Assembly: GCA_039800005.1 (NCBI GenBank)
Contig: JBDLRN010000064.1
Span: forward strand, 5,540 to 69,539
Reading direction: 5' to 3'
Origin: Actinomycetota bacterium
GTDB taxonomy: Bacteria > Actinomycetota > Acidimicrobiia > Acidimicrobiales > Ilumatobacteraceae
DNA: 64,000 nucleotides
Within the stretch, counting starts at the first letter, position 1, and every line of letters begins with the position of its first letter. This document shows, piece by piece, positions 8,132 to 16,348 of this stretch. Both the position numbers and the translations under genes were made by a program. The notes under the pieces were generated by a model, which saw nothing but the letters and a program-made list of their open reading frames with translations, searched no databases and was not told where the DNA came from.

Positions 8132-8821
8132 TCAGGGGGACCAGCGGGGGGATTGGCCGAAGCGGTAGCCGACGCTGCGCACGGTCTGAATGAGGTTGGC
8201 GTGCTCCTCGCCCAACTTGGCGCGCAGGCGTCGGATGTGCACGTCGACCGTGCGCGCGCCGCCGTAGTAGTCGTATCCCCAAACCCGTGACAGCAACATC
8301 TCGCGTGTGAACACCTTGCCCGGGTTCTGCACGAGGAACTTCAGCAACTCGTACTCCATGTAGGTGAGATCGAGTGGACGTCCTTCGACCGAAGCCTGAT
8401 ACGTCTCGAGGTTGAGCACCAGTTCGCCGTAGTCGACGAGCTCGGCTCGTGGAGCGGTGGTCGTGTACGAGAAGAGATGTCGCAGGCGAGCCTCGAGTTC
8501 GCGCGGATGGAACGGCTGCAGACAGAAGTCGTCGAACAACTCGTCGCGCAAGGTGAGTTCGTCGAGTTGAGCCCCGGTCACCAGCACGAGCAGAGGAACG
8601 ACGACCGAATCCTTCTTTCGCAGCACTCGGCAGAACGCCCACGCCGCTTCGAGATCGGCGTCACCGCACACGATCGCACCCATCCAGCCGTCGGCGATCT
8701 CGGCCTTCGAGAGTTCGTCGGCCGACGAGAAGGCCTTCCACCGATAGCCGGCGAGATCGAGCGTGCGCGCGAGTTCCGGCGGCGGCGGCTCGGGAAAGAC
8801 GGCGATCAGATCGCTGGTCAT
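8132..8821 (-). CDS. glnR: GlnR-type orphan OmpR-family nitrogen regulator with atypical receiver domain
   Basis: ORF trimmed to ATG 8821 (MTSDLIAVF...), 2 nt after the glnA stop. C-terminal LDLTYMEYELLKFLVQNPGKVFTREMLLSRVWGYDYYGGARTVDVHIRRLRAKLG...VRSVGYRF closely matches actinomycete GlnR as I recall it. Confidence 0.8.
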   Translation of the reverse strand: MTSDLIAVFPEPPPPELARTLDLAGYRWKAFSSADELSKAEIADGWMGAIVCGDADLEAAWAFCRVLRKKDSVVVPLLVLVTGAQLDELTLRDELFDDFCLQPFHPRELEARLRHLFSYTTTAPRAELVDYGELVLNLETYQASVEGRPLDLTYMEYELLKFLVQNPGKVFTREMLLSRVWGYDYYGGARTVDVHIRRLRAKLGEEHANLIQTVRSVGYRFGQSPRWSP

Positions 8822-8823
8822 GG

Positions 8824-10167
8824 TCAGAGCGACCTCAGGTACCGACTCAACTCGAACGGGGTGACTTGAGTCTTGTAACCCCGCCACTCGGAACGCTTGT
8901 TGCGGAGGAACCACTCGAAGATGTGCTCACCGAGCGCTTCGTGCACGAGGCTCGAGTTCTCCATCACCTTGAGAGCGTCCGACAGCGACTGCGGCAGTTG
9001 ATCGATGCCCAACTTGGTGAGTGCATCGTCGCCCATCTCGAAGAGGTTGGCGTCGGCCTCGGCCGGCAATTCGTACTTCTGCTCGATCCCGCGCAATCCG
9101 GCGGCGAGGATGACCGAGAAGGCCAGGTACGGGTTGCAGGCCGGGTCGGGGGAACGGTACTCGATGCGGGTGGCCAGCGGATTGGCCCGCTTCGGAATCG
9201 GCACTCGAATCAGGCCACTGCGGTTGTTGCGGGCCCACGACACGTGCACGGGCGCTTCGAAACCGGGAACCAAACGCTTGTAACTGTTCACGGTCTGGTT
9301 GGTGACCGCGGTGATCTCACTCGCGTGGAACAAGAGGCCGGCCATGAAGTGCTTGGCGACCGGTGAGAGGTTGTAGGCGTCGTCGGGAGAGTAGAAGGCG
9401 TTGCCCTCGCCGTCGGAGAGCGACAGATGCAGATGCATGCCGCTTCCCTGCACGCCTTCCAACGGCTTGGGCATGAAGGTGGCGTGCACTCCTTGCGCGG
9501 CAGCCACTTCCTTCACCACGAGGCGGAAGGTCATCACGCTGTCGGCCATGGTGAGGGCGTCGGTGTGGCGCAAGTCGATCTCGTGTTGCGACGGAGCGTC
9601 CTCGTGGAACGAGTACTCGACCGGGATCGAGAGAGTCTCGAGAGTGCGAATCGTCTCCTTGCGCAGACTTCCGGTCACGTCGGTGGTGGTGAGATCGAAG
9701 AACGACGCCTCGTCGAGTGGTCGCGGCGCCTGTCCGGGCTCGGGTGGCGCGAAGTAGAAGAACTCGATGTCGGGCGCGATCAGGAAGTCGTACCCCGATG
9801 CGTGCGCGCGCTGCAGGTTGCGACGCAACACCTGACGAGGGTCGCCGCCGAAGGGCGCGCCGTCGAGATCGTGGATGTCGCAGAAGATGCGGGCCTCGGG
9901 CGCCTTGGCGTCGGCCCACGGAAGAGTCACGAACGTGTTCGGGTCGGGGATCGCCAGAACGTCGCTCTCCTGGATGCGCGAGAAGCCGTCGATCGACGAA
10001 CCGTCGAAGGTCATGCCGTCTTCGAGGGCGTTCTCGAGTTCGGCCGGGCTGATGGCGAAACTCTTCAGACTGCCGAGAACGTCAGTGAACCAGAGACGGA
10101 TCAGGCGCACGCCGCGTTCTTCGACCGTTCGCAGGACGTAGTCACGCTGCTGATCCATCATGTTCAT
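8824..10167 (-). CDS. glnA: Glutamine synthetase type I
   Basis: ORF trimmed to ATG 10167 (MNMMDQQRDYVLRTVEERGVRLIRLWFTDVLG). GS motifs FDGSSI, HEDAPSQHEI, GSGMHLHLSL, NSYKRLVPG. Confidence 0.9.
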   Translation of the reverse strand: MNMMDQQRDYVLRTVEERGVRLIRLWFTDVLGSLKSFAISPAELENALEDGMTFDGSSIDGFSRIQESDVLAIPDPNTFVTLPWADAKAPEARIFCDIHDLDGAPFGGDPRQVLRRNLQRAHASGYDFLIAPDIEFFYFAPPEPGQAPRPLDEASFFDLTTTDVTGSLRKETIRTLETLSIPVEYSFHEDAPSQHEIDLRHTDALTMADSVMTFRLVVKEVAAAQGVHATFMPKPLEGVQGSGMHLHLSLSDGEGNAFYSPDDAYNLSPVAKHFMAGLLFHASEITAVTNQTVNSYKRLVPGFEAPVHVSWARNNRSGLIRVPIPKRANPLATRIEYRSPDPACNPYLAFSVILAAGLRGIEQKYELPAEADANLFEMGDDALTKLGIDQLPQSLSDALKVMENSSLVHEALGEHIFEWFLRNKRSEWRGYKTQVTPFELSRYLRSL

Positions 10168-10173
10168 GGCCTC

Positions 10174-10179
10174 ATTCTG
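10174..10179 (-). promoter_or_regulatory. Candidate -10 box (CAGAAT) for a leaderless glnA
   Basis: Minus strand reads CAGAAT-GAGGCC-ATG. This is the same 6-nt GAGGCC spacer seen at proC (TAGCGT-GAGGCC-GTG). Confidence 0.3.
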
Positions 10180-10190
10180 CCGGTCCTGTC

Positions 10191-10229
10191 GGAAAAACAC
10201 GAGAGCCGGGGGACGGGCCCCCGGCTCTC
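10191..10229 (-). terminator. Rho-independent terminator downstream of glnII
   Basis: Minus strand: GAGAGCCGGGGG-CCCGT-CCCCCGGCTCTC (12-bp perfect stem) followed by GTGTTTTTCC. Begins 27 nt after the glnII stop. Confidence 0.85.
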
Positions 10230-10255
10230 GCCACTGCAATTCGAGTCGTACGAAC

Positions 10256-11260
10256 TCAGCCGCAGACCGTCTCGATGAGGAGGCGGGTCACGGTGTAGGG
10301 ATCCATGTTGGCGTTCGGACGACGGTCCTCGGCGTAGCCCTTGCCCGTCTTCTCGACCGACCACGGGATACGGATCGAGGCGCCGCGGTTCGAAACGCCG
10401 TAGCTGAACTTGTTGTACGGGGCCGTCTCGTGTGCACCCGTGAGGCGACTCTCGATGTCGTGTCCGTAGTTCTTGACGTGCAGATCGACCTTCTTGCCGA
10501 TGGCTTCGCACGCCGCCTTGATGGCCTTCATGTCCTTGTCGTTGCGCATCGCCTTGGTCGAGAAGTTGGTGTGAGCACCGGCGCCGTTCCAGTCGCCCTT
10601 CTGGGGCTTGGCGGCGAGCGAGATCACCACGTCGTAGTCCTCGGCGATGCGATGCAGCAACCAACGAGCGACCGTGAGGTGATCACTCACGGTGAGAGCG
10701 TCGGCTGCGCCGATCTGGAACTCCCACTGGCCGGGCATGACTTCGGCGTTGGTTCCCTCGATCAGAAGTCCGGCGTCGAGACACGCCTGCGTGTGCTCTT
10801 CGATGATGTCGCGACCGACGACACGACCCGTACCGACACCGCAGTAGTACGGACCCTGCGGAGCGGCGAAGCCACCGACCGGGAATCCGAGCGGCGTACC
10901 GTCCAGGCGGAGCATCGTGTACTCCTGCTCGATGCCGAAGATCATCTCGTCGGAGGCGAACTTCTTGGCGGTCTTCGCGCAGGCGGCGCGAGTGTTGGTG
11001 GGGTGCGGCTTGCCCGTCTGGGCGAGCATCACTTCGCAGAGCACGAGAATGTTGCGGCCACCGCGGATCGGATCGGGGCAGGTGAAGACCGGGTGCAGCG
11101 CGCAGTCCGACTTGTCGCCAGGAGCCTGGTTGGTCGACGAACCGTCGAAACCCCAGATCGGGGGCTCGGTGACCGAGTCGTCGATGATCTTGGTCTTCGA
11201 ACGGAGAAGGGGCGTCGGCTCGGTGCCGTCGACCCAGATGTATTCGGCTTGGTAGGCCAT
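10256..11260 (-). CDS. glnII: Glutamine synthetase type II (eukaryote-like GSII)
   Basis: ORF trimmed to ATG 11260 (MAYQAEYIWVDGTEPTPLLRSKTK). GFDGSST, GIEQEYT, PGQWEFQIG and NGAGAHTNFS are typical GSII motifs. Confidence 0.9.
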   Translation of the reverse strand: MAYQAEYIWVDGTEPTPLLRSKTKIIDDSVTEPPIWGFDGSSTNQAPGDKSDCALHPVFTCPDPIRGGRNILVLCEVMLAQTGKPHPTNTRAACAKTAKKFASDEMIFGIEQEYTMLRLDGTPLGFPVGGFAAPQGPYYCGVGTGRVVGRDIIEEHTQACLDAGLLIEGTNAEVMPGQWEFQIGAADALTVSDHLTVARWLLHRIAEDYDVVISLAAKPQKGDWNGAGAHTNFSTKAMRNDKDMKAIKAACEAIGKKVDLHVKNYGHDIESRLTGAHETAPYNKFSYGVSNRGASIRIPWSVEKTGKGYAEDRRPNANMDPYTVTRLLIETVCG

Positions 11261-11339
11261 GTTGTGGGGGTCCTCCATGGGTGTTGGCCGGCTTCGAAGT
11301 CCGGTTCTGTTTGGGGCACCTCTACTCTCGCAGCGAGCC

Positions 11340-11377
11340 GTTTCCCGACCGTTGCCCGATTGTGAACGCTGTGTGAA
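11340..11377 (-). promoter_or_regulatory. Candidate GlnR operator (four 5-nt sites at 11-nt periodicity) in the glnII/nadE divergent region
   Basis: Read toward glnII: TTCAC-n6-TTCAC-n6-GCAAC-n6-GAAAC, 80-117 nt upstream of the glnII ATG. Resembles the published gTnAc-n6-GaAAc-n6-GtnAC-n6-GAAAc architecture. Confidence 0.45.
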
Positions 11378-11479
11378 CCGAGATCGGTGAAGGTTCCGAG
11401 TCGAGGTCCGGGTCGACGTCCTGGTCAGGGACTTCGACGCCGGAAGGGCAGCGGTCGGTCGCCGTTAGCCTGCGGAGCC

Positions 11480-13189
11480 GTGACGGTCCTGCGAGTCGGT
11501 CTGGCTCAGTCGAATCCCCTGGTGGGCGATCTGGCCGGCAATCGCGACTCGATCCTGACCACGTATCGTGCGGCGGCCGACGAGGGCTGCGACGTCGTGG
11601 TGTTCGGTGAACTGTCGGTCACCGGTTATCCGCCCGAGGATCTCGTCCTGAAACCCGGTTTCGTCCGCGACAACCGCGCCGTTCTCGATCAGATCGCAGC
11701 CGAGACCGGCGACTGCGTCGCCGTCGTCGGATTCGTCGATCGCAGCGGCCGAATCGATCCGGCCACCGGACGTGACGTCTTGTTCAACGCGGCGGCGATC
11801 TGCTCGCACGGGGTGGTGCGCGGCGTGTACCACAAGCGCATCCTTCCCAACTACGACGTGTTCGACGAAGAGCGCACTTTCGAACCTGGATCCGGACCGC
11901 ATCATCTGTACGAGATCGCCGGTGTGCCCGTGGGTGTCTCGATCTGCGAGGACATCTGGTTCGAAGACGGACCGGTGGCCGAGCAGGCACGCGGTGGAGC
12001 GCGTCTCAACGTCAACATCAACGGCTCCCCGTTTCATCGTCGCAAGGTCGAACAGCGTGAGCGCATGTTGTCGGAGCGCGCCCGTACCAACCGCTGCGCG
12101 ATCGTCTACGTGAATCAGGTGGGCGGTCAGGACGAACTCGTCTTCGACGGTGCGTCGATGGTGGTCGACGCACATGGTGAAGTCGTCGACCGTCGACCGC
12201 AGTTCGTGTCCGATCTGCACGTCGTCGACGTTCGAGTCGACGATCGCGACGACACTCCCGTCACGTTCCCCGTCACCACGATCTCCCGATCGTCACGGGC
12301 TGTCGGGTCGCCGCGGCCTGGTTCCCTCACGCCGATCCTCGATCGATCGGCCGAGATGTACGAGGCGCTGGTCCTCGGTACGCGCGACTACGTCACCAAG
12401 AACCGCTTCACCGACGTGGTGATCGGTCTGTCGGGTGGAATCGACAGTTCGCTCGTGGCCTGTGTGGCGGTCGACGCCCTCGGAGTCGAACACGTGCACG
12501 GTGTGGCCATGCCGTCGCGGTATTCGTCGCAAGGGTCGAAAGACGATGCCTACGCACTGGCCGCCGCGCTCGGGATCGACGTGCGCACCATCTCCATCGA
12601 ACCCGCGTTCCAGGCCTATCTCGATCTGCTCGCACCCAGCTTCGACGGACGCGACCCCGATCTCACCGAGGAGAATCTGCAGAGCCGCTGCCGTGGTCAG
12701 ATCCTCATGGCTCTCTCGAACAAGTTCGGCTGGATGGTTCTCACCACCGGCAACAAGAGCGAGATGGCGGTCGGCTACTTCACCATCTACGGCGACTCGG
12801 TCGGTGGCTACGCCGTGATCAAGGACTTGCTCAAGACCGACGTGTTCGCACTCAGTCGCTTCGTGAACGATCGTGCCGGTCGCGTGTTGATCCCGGAATC
12901 GGTGCTCACCAAGCCACCCTCGGCGGAACTCCGTCCCGATCAGCGCGACGATCAGTCGCTGCCGCCGTACGACGTTCTCGACCCGATCCTCGAGTTGTAC
13001 GTGGAGCAAGATCTGACGGCGGCCGAGATCGTTCATCGTGGGCACGACGAGGCCGTCGTCCGCCGCATCGCGCGACTCGTCGACCTGAACGAATACAAGC
13101 GGCGTCAGTGCCCGCCTGGTGTGCGCGTGTCGGCGAAGGCGTTCGGCAAGGACCGTCGACTGCCGATCACGAACGGCTATCGGGGCTGA
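11480..13189 (+). CDS. nadE: Glutamine-dependent NAD+ synthetase
   Basis: ORF trimmed to GTG 11480 (VTVLRVGLAQSNP). N-terminal CN-hydrolase domain (FGELSVTGYPPEDL, ICEDIW). PP-loop GLSGGIDSS. Confidence 0.88.
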   Translation: MTVLRVGLAQSNPLVGDLAGNRDSILTTYRAAADEGCDVVVFGELSVTGYPPEDLVLKPGFVRDNRAVLDQIAAETGDCVAVVGFVDRSGRIDPATGRDVLFNAAAICSHGVVRGVYHKRILPNYDVFDEERTFEPGSGPHHLYEIAGVPVGVSICEDIWFEDGPVAEQARGGARLNVNINGSPFHRRKVEQRERMLSERARTNRCAIVYVNQVGGQDELVFDGASMVVDAHGEVVDRRPQFVSDLHVVDVRVDDRDDTPVTFPVTTISRSSRAVGSPRPGSLTPILDRSAEMYEALVLGTRDYVTKNRFTDVVIGLSGGIDSSLVACVAVDALGVEHVHGVAMPSRYSSQGSKDDAYALAAALGIDVRTISIEPAFQAYLDLLAPSFDGRDPDLTEENLQSRCRGQILMALSNKFGWMVLTTGNKSEMAVGYFTIYGDSVGGYAVIKDLLKTDVFALSRFVNDRAGRVLIPESVLTKPPSAELRPDQRDDQSLPPYDVLDPILELYVEQDLTAAEIVHRGHDEAVVRRIARLVDLNEYKRRQCPPGVRVSAKAFGKDRRLPITNGYRG

Positions 13190-14360
13190 CCCGTCGTCCG
13201 TACGCCGTCAGGCAGGCGATCATCACCAGTGCACATGTCGATCCGATGATCGCGGGCACAGCGATGCCGTAGGCGTCGAAAGCGGCCGTGGCCACCAACG
13301 ACATGACGGCCCGTCCGAGCGTGCCCCCGCCGATGGCATACCCGAGTCCGCGCGCCGGTGAGTCGGGGATCATGTTGGCGGCGAGGGGGAGCAGACTCAC
13401 GATTCCGAACTCGAAGCCGAGGAGGAACACGGCGAGAAAGATCAGTCCGAGCGGCAGGTGCGAACTCGTGAGAGCGAGGAGTATTCCACTCGGAACGATG
13501 AGCGCGGCGCCCAAGATCGTGCTGCGCTCCTTGCCCCACACGTCGGTGCGTCGCGCGCTGGTGATCGAAGCCAAGAGTTCGAAGGTGCCGAGACCGAACG
13601 CCACGGCGGCGATTCCTGCTTCGGAGACGCCGAAGTCCTCGTCGAGCCACGACCCGAAGGTCACGAACATGCACTGGCTGGCCGCCATGAGGAAGAACAT
13701 CGACAGGATCACCCAATAGCTGTGCGCAGTGAGTCGGGAAGGTCGTGAACGATCGTGGCGGGCGACTTGATGCGGTGCGTCGGGTCCGAGTCGGCGTGCC
13801 ACGACCACGGCCATCGCCGCGGTCGCCGCGGCTCCGGTCACGTAGCCCCATCGCCAACTGCTCGCCGACGCGACGAGCCCCATGATCGTGACTCCGAGGA
13901 GAAGGCCGAGAGCCCACGACGTCTCGGTGATACCGATCACTCGGCCGCGTCGCTCGTAGTCGACGTGATCGTTGACCCATGCCGTGAGTCCGACGTCGAA
14001 CACGAGTTTCGACATACCGAGCAAGGCGATGGCGGCGACGAAGACGATCAGACCTGGACTCGTCGCTGCGAGTGCGGCGGCGGCTGTCACCCCCGAGAGA
14101 CCCGCCACCATCGACGTACGACGGTGCATGCGGTCGACGTACGACCCGATCACGGGCGACACGATCATCATGAGTTCGGTGATCATGAGAGCGACACCGA
14201 TGCGACTCAGACTCGTCGACAGATCGTCGGAGATGCTGGCGAGGAACGGTGGCGCGAAACGAAAACTGCCGTTGGTGGTGAGACGCGCCACGGTGAGGGC
14301 GACGACGTGGCGACGTGTCTCTTCGGGATACGTGTCGTCGAGGAGTCGATCGATCAGCAC
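13167..14360 (-). CDS. MFS transporter
   Basis: C-terminal 397 aa of ORF 13167..15086, about 12 hydrophobic segments. GTG 14360 (VLIDRLLDD) sits next to the stop of the upstream DUF45 gene. Confidence 0.7.
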   Translation of the reverse strand: MLIDRLLDDTYPEETRRHVVALTVARLTTNGSFRFAPPFLASISDDLSTSLSRIGVALMITELMMIVSPVIGSYVDRMHRRTSMVAGLSGVTAAAALAATSPGLIVFVAAIALLGMSKLVFDVGLTAWVNDHVDYERRGRVIGITETSWALGLLLGVTIMGLVASASSWRWGYVTGAAATAAMAVVVARRLGPDAPHQVARHDRSRPSRLTAHSYWVILSMFFLMAASQCMFVTFGSWLDEDFGVSEAGIAAVAFGLGTFELLASITSARRTDVWGKERSTILGAALIVPSGILLALTSSHLPLGLIFLAVFLLGFEFGIVSLLPLAANMIPDSPARGLGYAIGGGTLGRAVMSLVATAAFDAYGIAVPAIIGSTCALVMIACLTAYGRRVSPDSRS

Positions 14361-14848
14361 GACGGATCTTCCTCGCCGCTCTTTGCGATCAAATATCCGA
14401 TGGCCCGTTCGGTTCGGGGATAGCGGTTCACCACGTGCCAGAAGTCGGCACCATGATCGGCGATCACGAGATGCGCGAGTTCGTGCACGATCACGTAGTC
14501 GAGAACCCAGTTCGGGAAGCCGACCATCCGTGTCGAGATCCTGATCTGGCCGTCGTGAGGTGTGCACAGACCCCAGACCGCGGTGAGTTTGTCGGACCAG
14601 GTGATCGATGTGGGAAGTGGAAGCATGTGGGCCGAAGCGAGTTCGTGGGCGCGGGACATGAGGTCGACGTTCTCCGAGGCGACCTTGCGTTCGAAGCGCC
14701 GCACCATCTCGCGCACGGCGTCTTCCTCTTCGGCACGTGACATCCACGACGGAACGGTGACCTTCACGACACCGCTCTCGAGCCGGGCGCCCACACTTCG
14801 CTTGCGGCGGGTCGAGCGGACCACCTCCACGCGGAACGGAATCGTCAC
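14354..14848 (-). CDS. YgjP/DUF45-type zinc metallopeptidase (M48-like)
   Basis: HELAHL motif. GTG 14848 overlaps the upstream stop (GTGA). Sequence VTIPFRVEVVRSTRRKRSVGARLESG... Confidence 0.7.
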   Translation of the reverse strand: MTIPFRVEVVRSTRRKRSVGARLESGVVKVTVPSWMSRAEEEDAVREMVRRFERKVASENVDLMSRAHELASAHMLPLPTSITWSDKLTAVWGLCTPHDGQIRISTRMVGFPNWVLDYVIVHELAHLVIADHGADFWHVVNRYPRTERAIGYLIAKSGEEDPSC

Positions 14849-15507
14849 TCCACGGCCCCGTGATTTCGGAGTTCCTCGGCGATGAGTTCGAGCGGGAACA
14901 GCAGCGAGCCGGCCGACCAACCCTCGGTGGCGTGGTGTTCGAACCACGAACCACCGAGATTCGGGAAACGATGCTCGGAGCCGGTGAGCAAACGCCGCAA
15001 CAGACGGAGGACTCCACCGTGCGACACCACGAGGATGCATCCGCCGCGGTGGTAGTCGACGATGTCGGTGAAAGCTGCCATCGCACGCGCTTGTGTGGAG
15101 TCGGCGGCCTCGAAGCCCGGTGGCCGACGATCGGCTTCGAGCCATCCGGGCCATTCCGTCTGGATCTCTTGGCGGGTCAGTCCCTGCCATTCGCCGGCGT
15201 GGTTCTCGCGCCAACGGCGGTCGATGCGACGGTGGGGGCATCCGAGAACCTCGGCCAGAAGGTCTGCGGTCACCGAGGCGCGTTCGAGGTCACTGGAGAT
15301 CACGAGATCGAAAGGTGGGCATTCCGAGGCCAGAAGGGAGCCCGCTTGGCGAGCCTGCAGACGACCGAGGGTGGTGAGAGGCGGGTCGGCTTGCCCTTGC
15401 CATCGGCCGAGCGCGTTCCATTCGCTCTGTCCGTGACGCACGACGAGAACACGGGTGACGTCACGAGCGTTGTCACTCGTGACGTCATGAGAGTCGGGGG
15501 CGGACAC
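14845..15507 (-). CDS. Histidine phosphatase family protein (phosphoglycerate-mutase-like)
   Basis: VVRHGQSEWN catalytic RHG motif and VSHGGV. Confidence 0.8.
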   Translation of the reverse strand: MSAPDSHDVTSDNARDVTRVLVVRHGQSEWNALGRWQGQADPPLTTLGRLQARQAGSLLASECPPFDLVISSDLERASVTADLLAEVLGCPHRRIDRRWRENHAGEWQGLTRQEIQTEWPGWLEADRRPPGFEAADSTQARAMAAFTDIVDYHRGGCILVVSHGGVLRLLRRLLTGSEHRFPNLGGSWFEHHATEGWSAGSLLFPLELIAEELRNHGAVE

Positions 15508-15540
15508 GGTCGTCCACGGTACCCCCGCTACGCTCGGCCC

Positions 15541-15783
15541 GTGGTCACCGTGCGACTCTTCGCCCAGGCGCGAGAAGCAGCGGGCACCTCGCGTGACGAG
15601 ATCTCCGGATCCACCGTCGACGAGGTCGTGCGAGCGGCGGGCGAGAAGTTCGGCGAACGCTTCGTCGCTTTGCTGCCCACCTGTCGCGTGTGGTTGAACG
15701 GCGAGGAAGTCCCCCCGACGACTCCGGTCACCGACAAAGATGAGGTGGCGGTGTTGCCGCCGGTCTCGGGAGGATGTCGATGA
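15541..15783 (+). CDS. MoaD/ThiS-family ubiquitin-like sulfur carrier
   Basis: VVTVRLFAQAREAAGTSRDEISGSTVDEVV...VWLNGEEV...DKDEVAVLPPVSGG followed by two extra residues (CR). GTG 15541 chosen from ORF 14860..15783. Confidence 0.65.
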   Translation: MVTVRLFAQAREAAGTSRDEISGSTVDEVVRAAGEKFGERFVALLPTCRVWLNGEEVPPTTPVTDKDEVAVLPPVSGGCR

Positions 15784-16265
15784 GCACGAACGATCTCACG
15801 TCGATGCCCTTGCCCGACTTGCGCGCCGAACGCGACGCGTTGCGCACCGAAGAGGATGCGGTGTCGTTCGTTCGTCGTCTGGCTCAAGGTCGAGTCGATC
15901 TCGTGGCGGCCGTTCGGACGCATCGGGGATCGGGCGGGAGCGGTTCGGCCGCCGAGATCATCCGATCTGGTGTGGGTCCCGCTCCGAGCACCGGATCCAG
16001 TCGACCGCCGCGCGACACCGAGGTCGCGGCCGACCATCCGTTGGTCGACGAGTTCGATCGTCTGTGCGATTCCCTCGGCTTCGACGACATGGCCGATCTC
16101 GACGACGCGGCACTCGCCCGGCTCGGCGACGGACTTGCGTCCTTCGAGGCACGCCTGTCGACGCGGCGCCGAGAACTCTTCGATCGGATCGACGCCCTCA
16201 CCGCCGAATTGGTGCGCAGGTATCGCGACGGTGACGCGTCGGTCGATTCGCTCCTGCAGGGCTGA
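15774..16265 (+). CDS. RsiG-like coiled-coil protein (candidate c-di-GMP-binding anti-sigma factor)
   Basis: Contains EDAVSFVRRLAQGRVD, an exact E-x3-S-x2-R-x3-Q-x3-D match (aa 27-42). Also EARLSTRRRELFDRID, 4 of 5 positions (aa 125-140). Confidence 0.55.
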   Translation: MSMSTNDLTSMPLPDLRAERDALRTEEDAVSFVRRLAQGRVDLVAAVRTHRGSGGSGSAAEIIRSGVGPAPSTGSSRPPRDTEVAADHPLVDEFDRLCDSLGFDDMADLDDAALARLGDGLASFEARLSTRRRELFDRIDALTAELVRRYRDGDASVDSLLQG

Positions 16266-16348
16266 TCACGACCTCTCATCAACGTCTTGCCCTGGCCAGC
16301 GGGCCCGACTGAGCGTTCTTTTCGGGGGGCCGGTAGGTTCACCCTTCT

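Noticed and set aside
11361-11378. TTGTGAACGCTGTGTGAAC looked like a Rex operator half-site (TTGTGAA).
   Set aside because: The second half is a direct repeat, not an inverted one, so there is no TTCACAA partner. The 11-nt phased xxxAC sites fit a GlnR-type array better.
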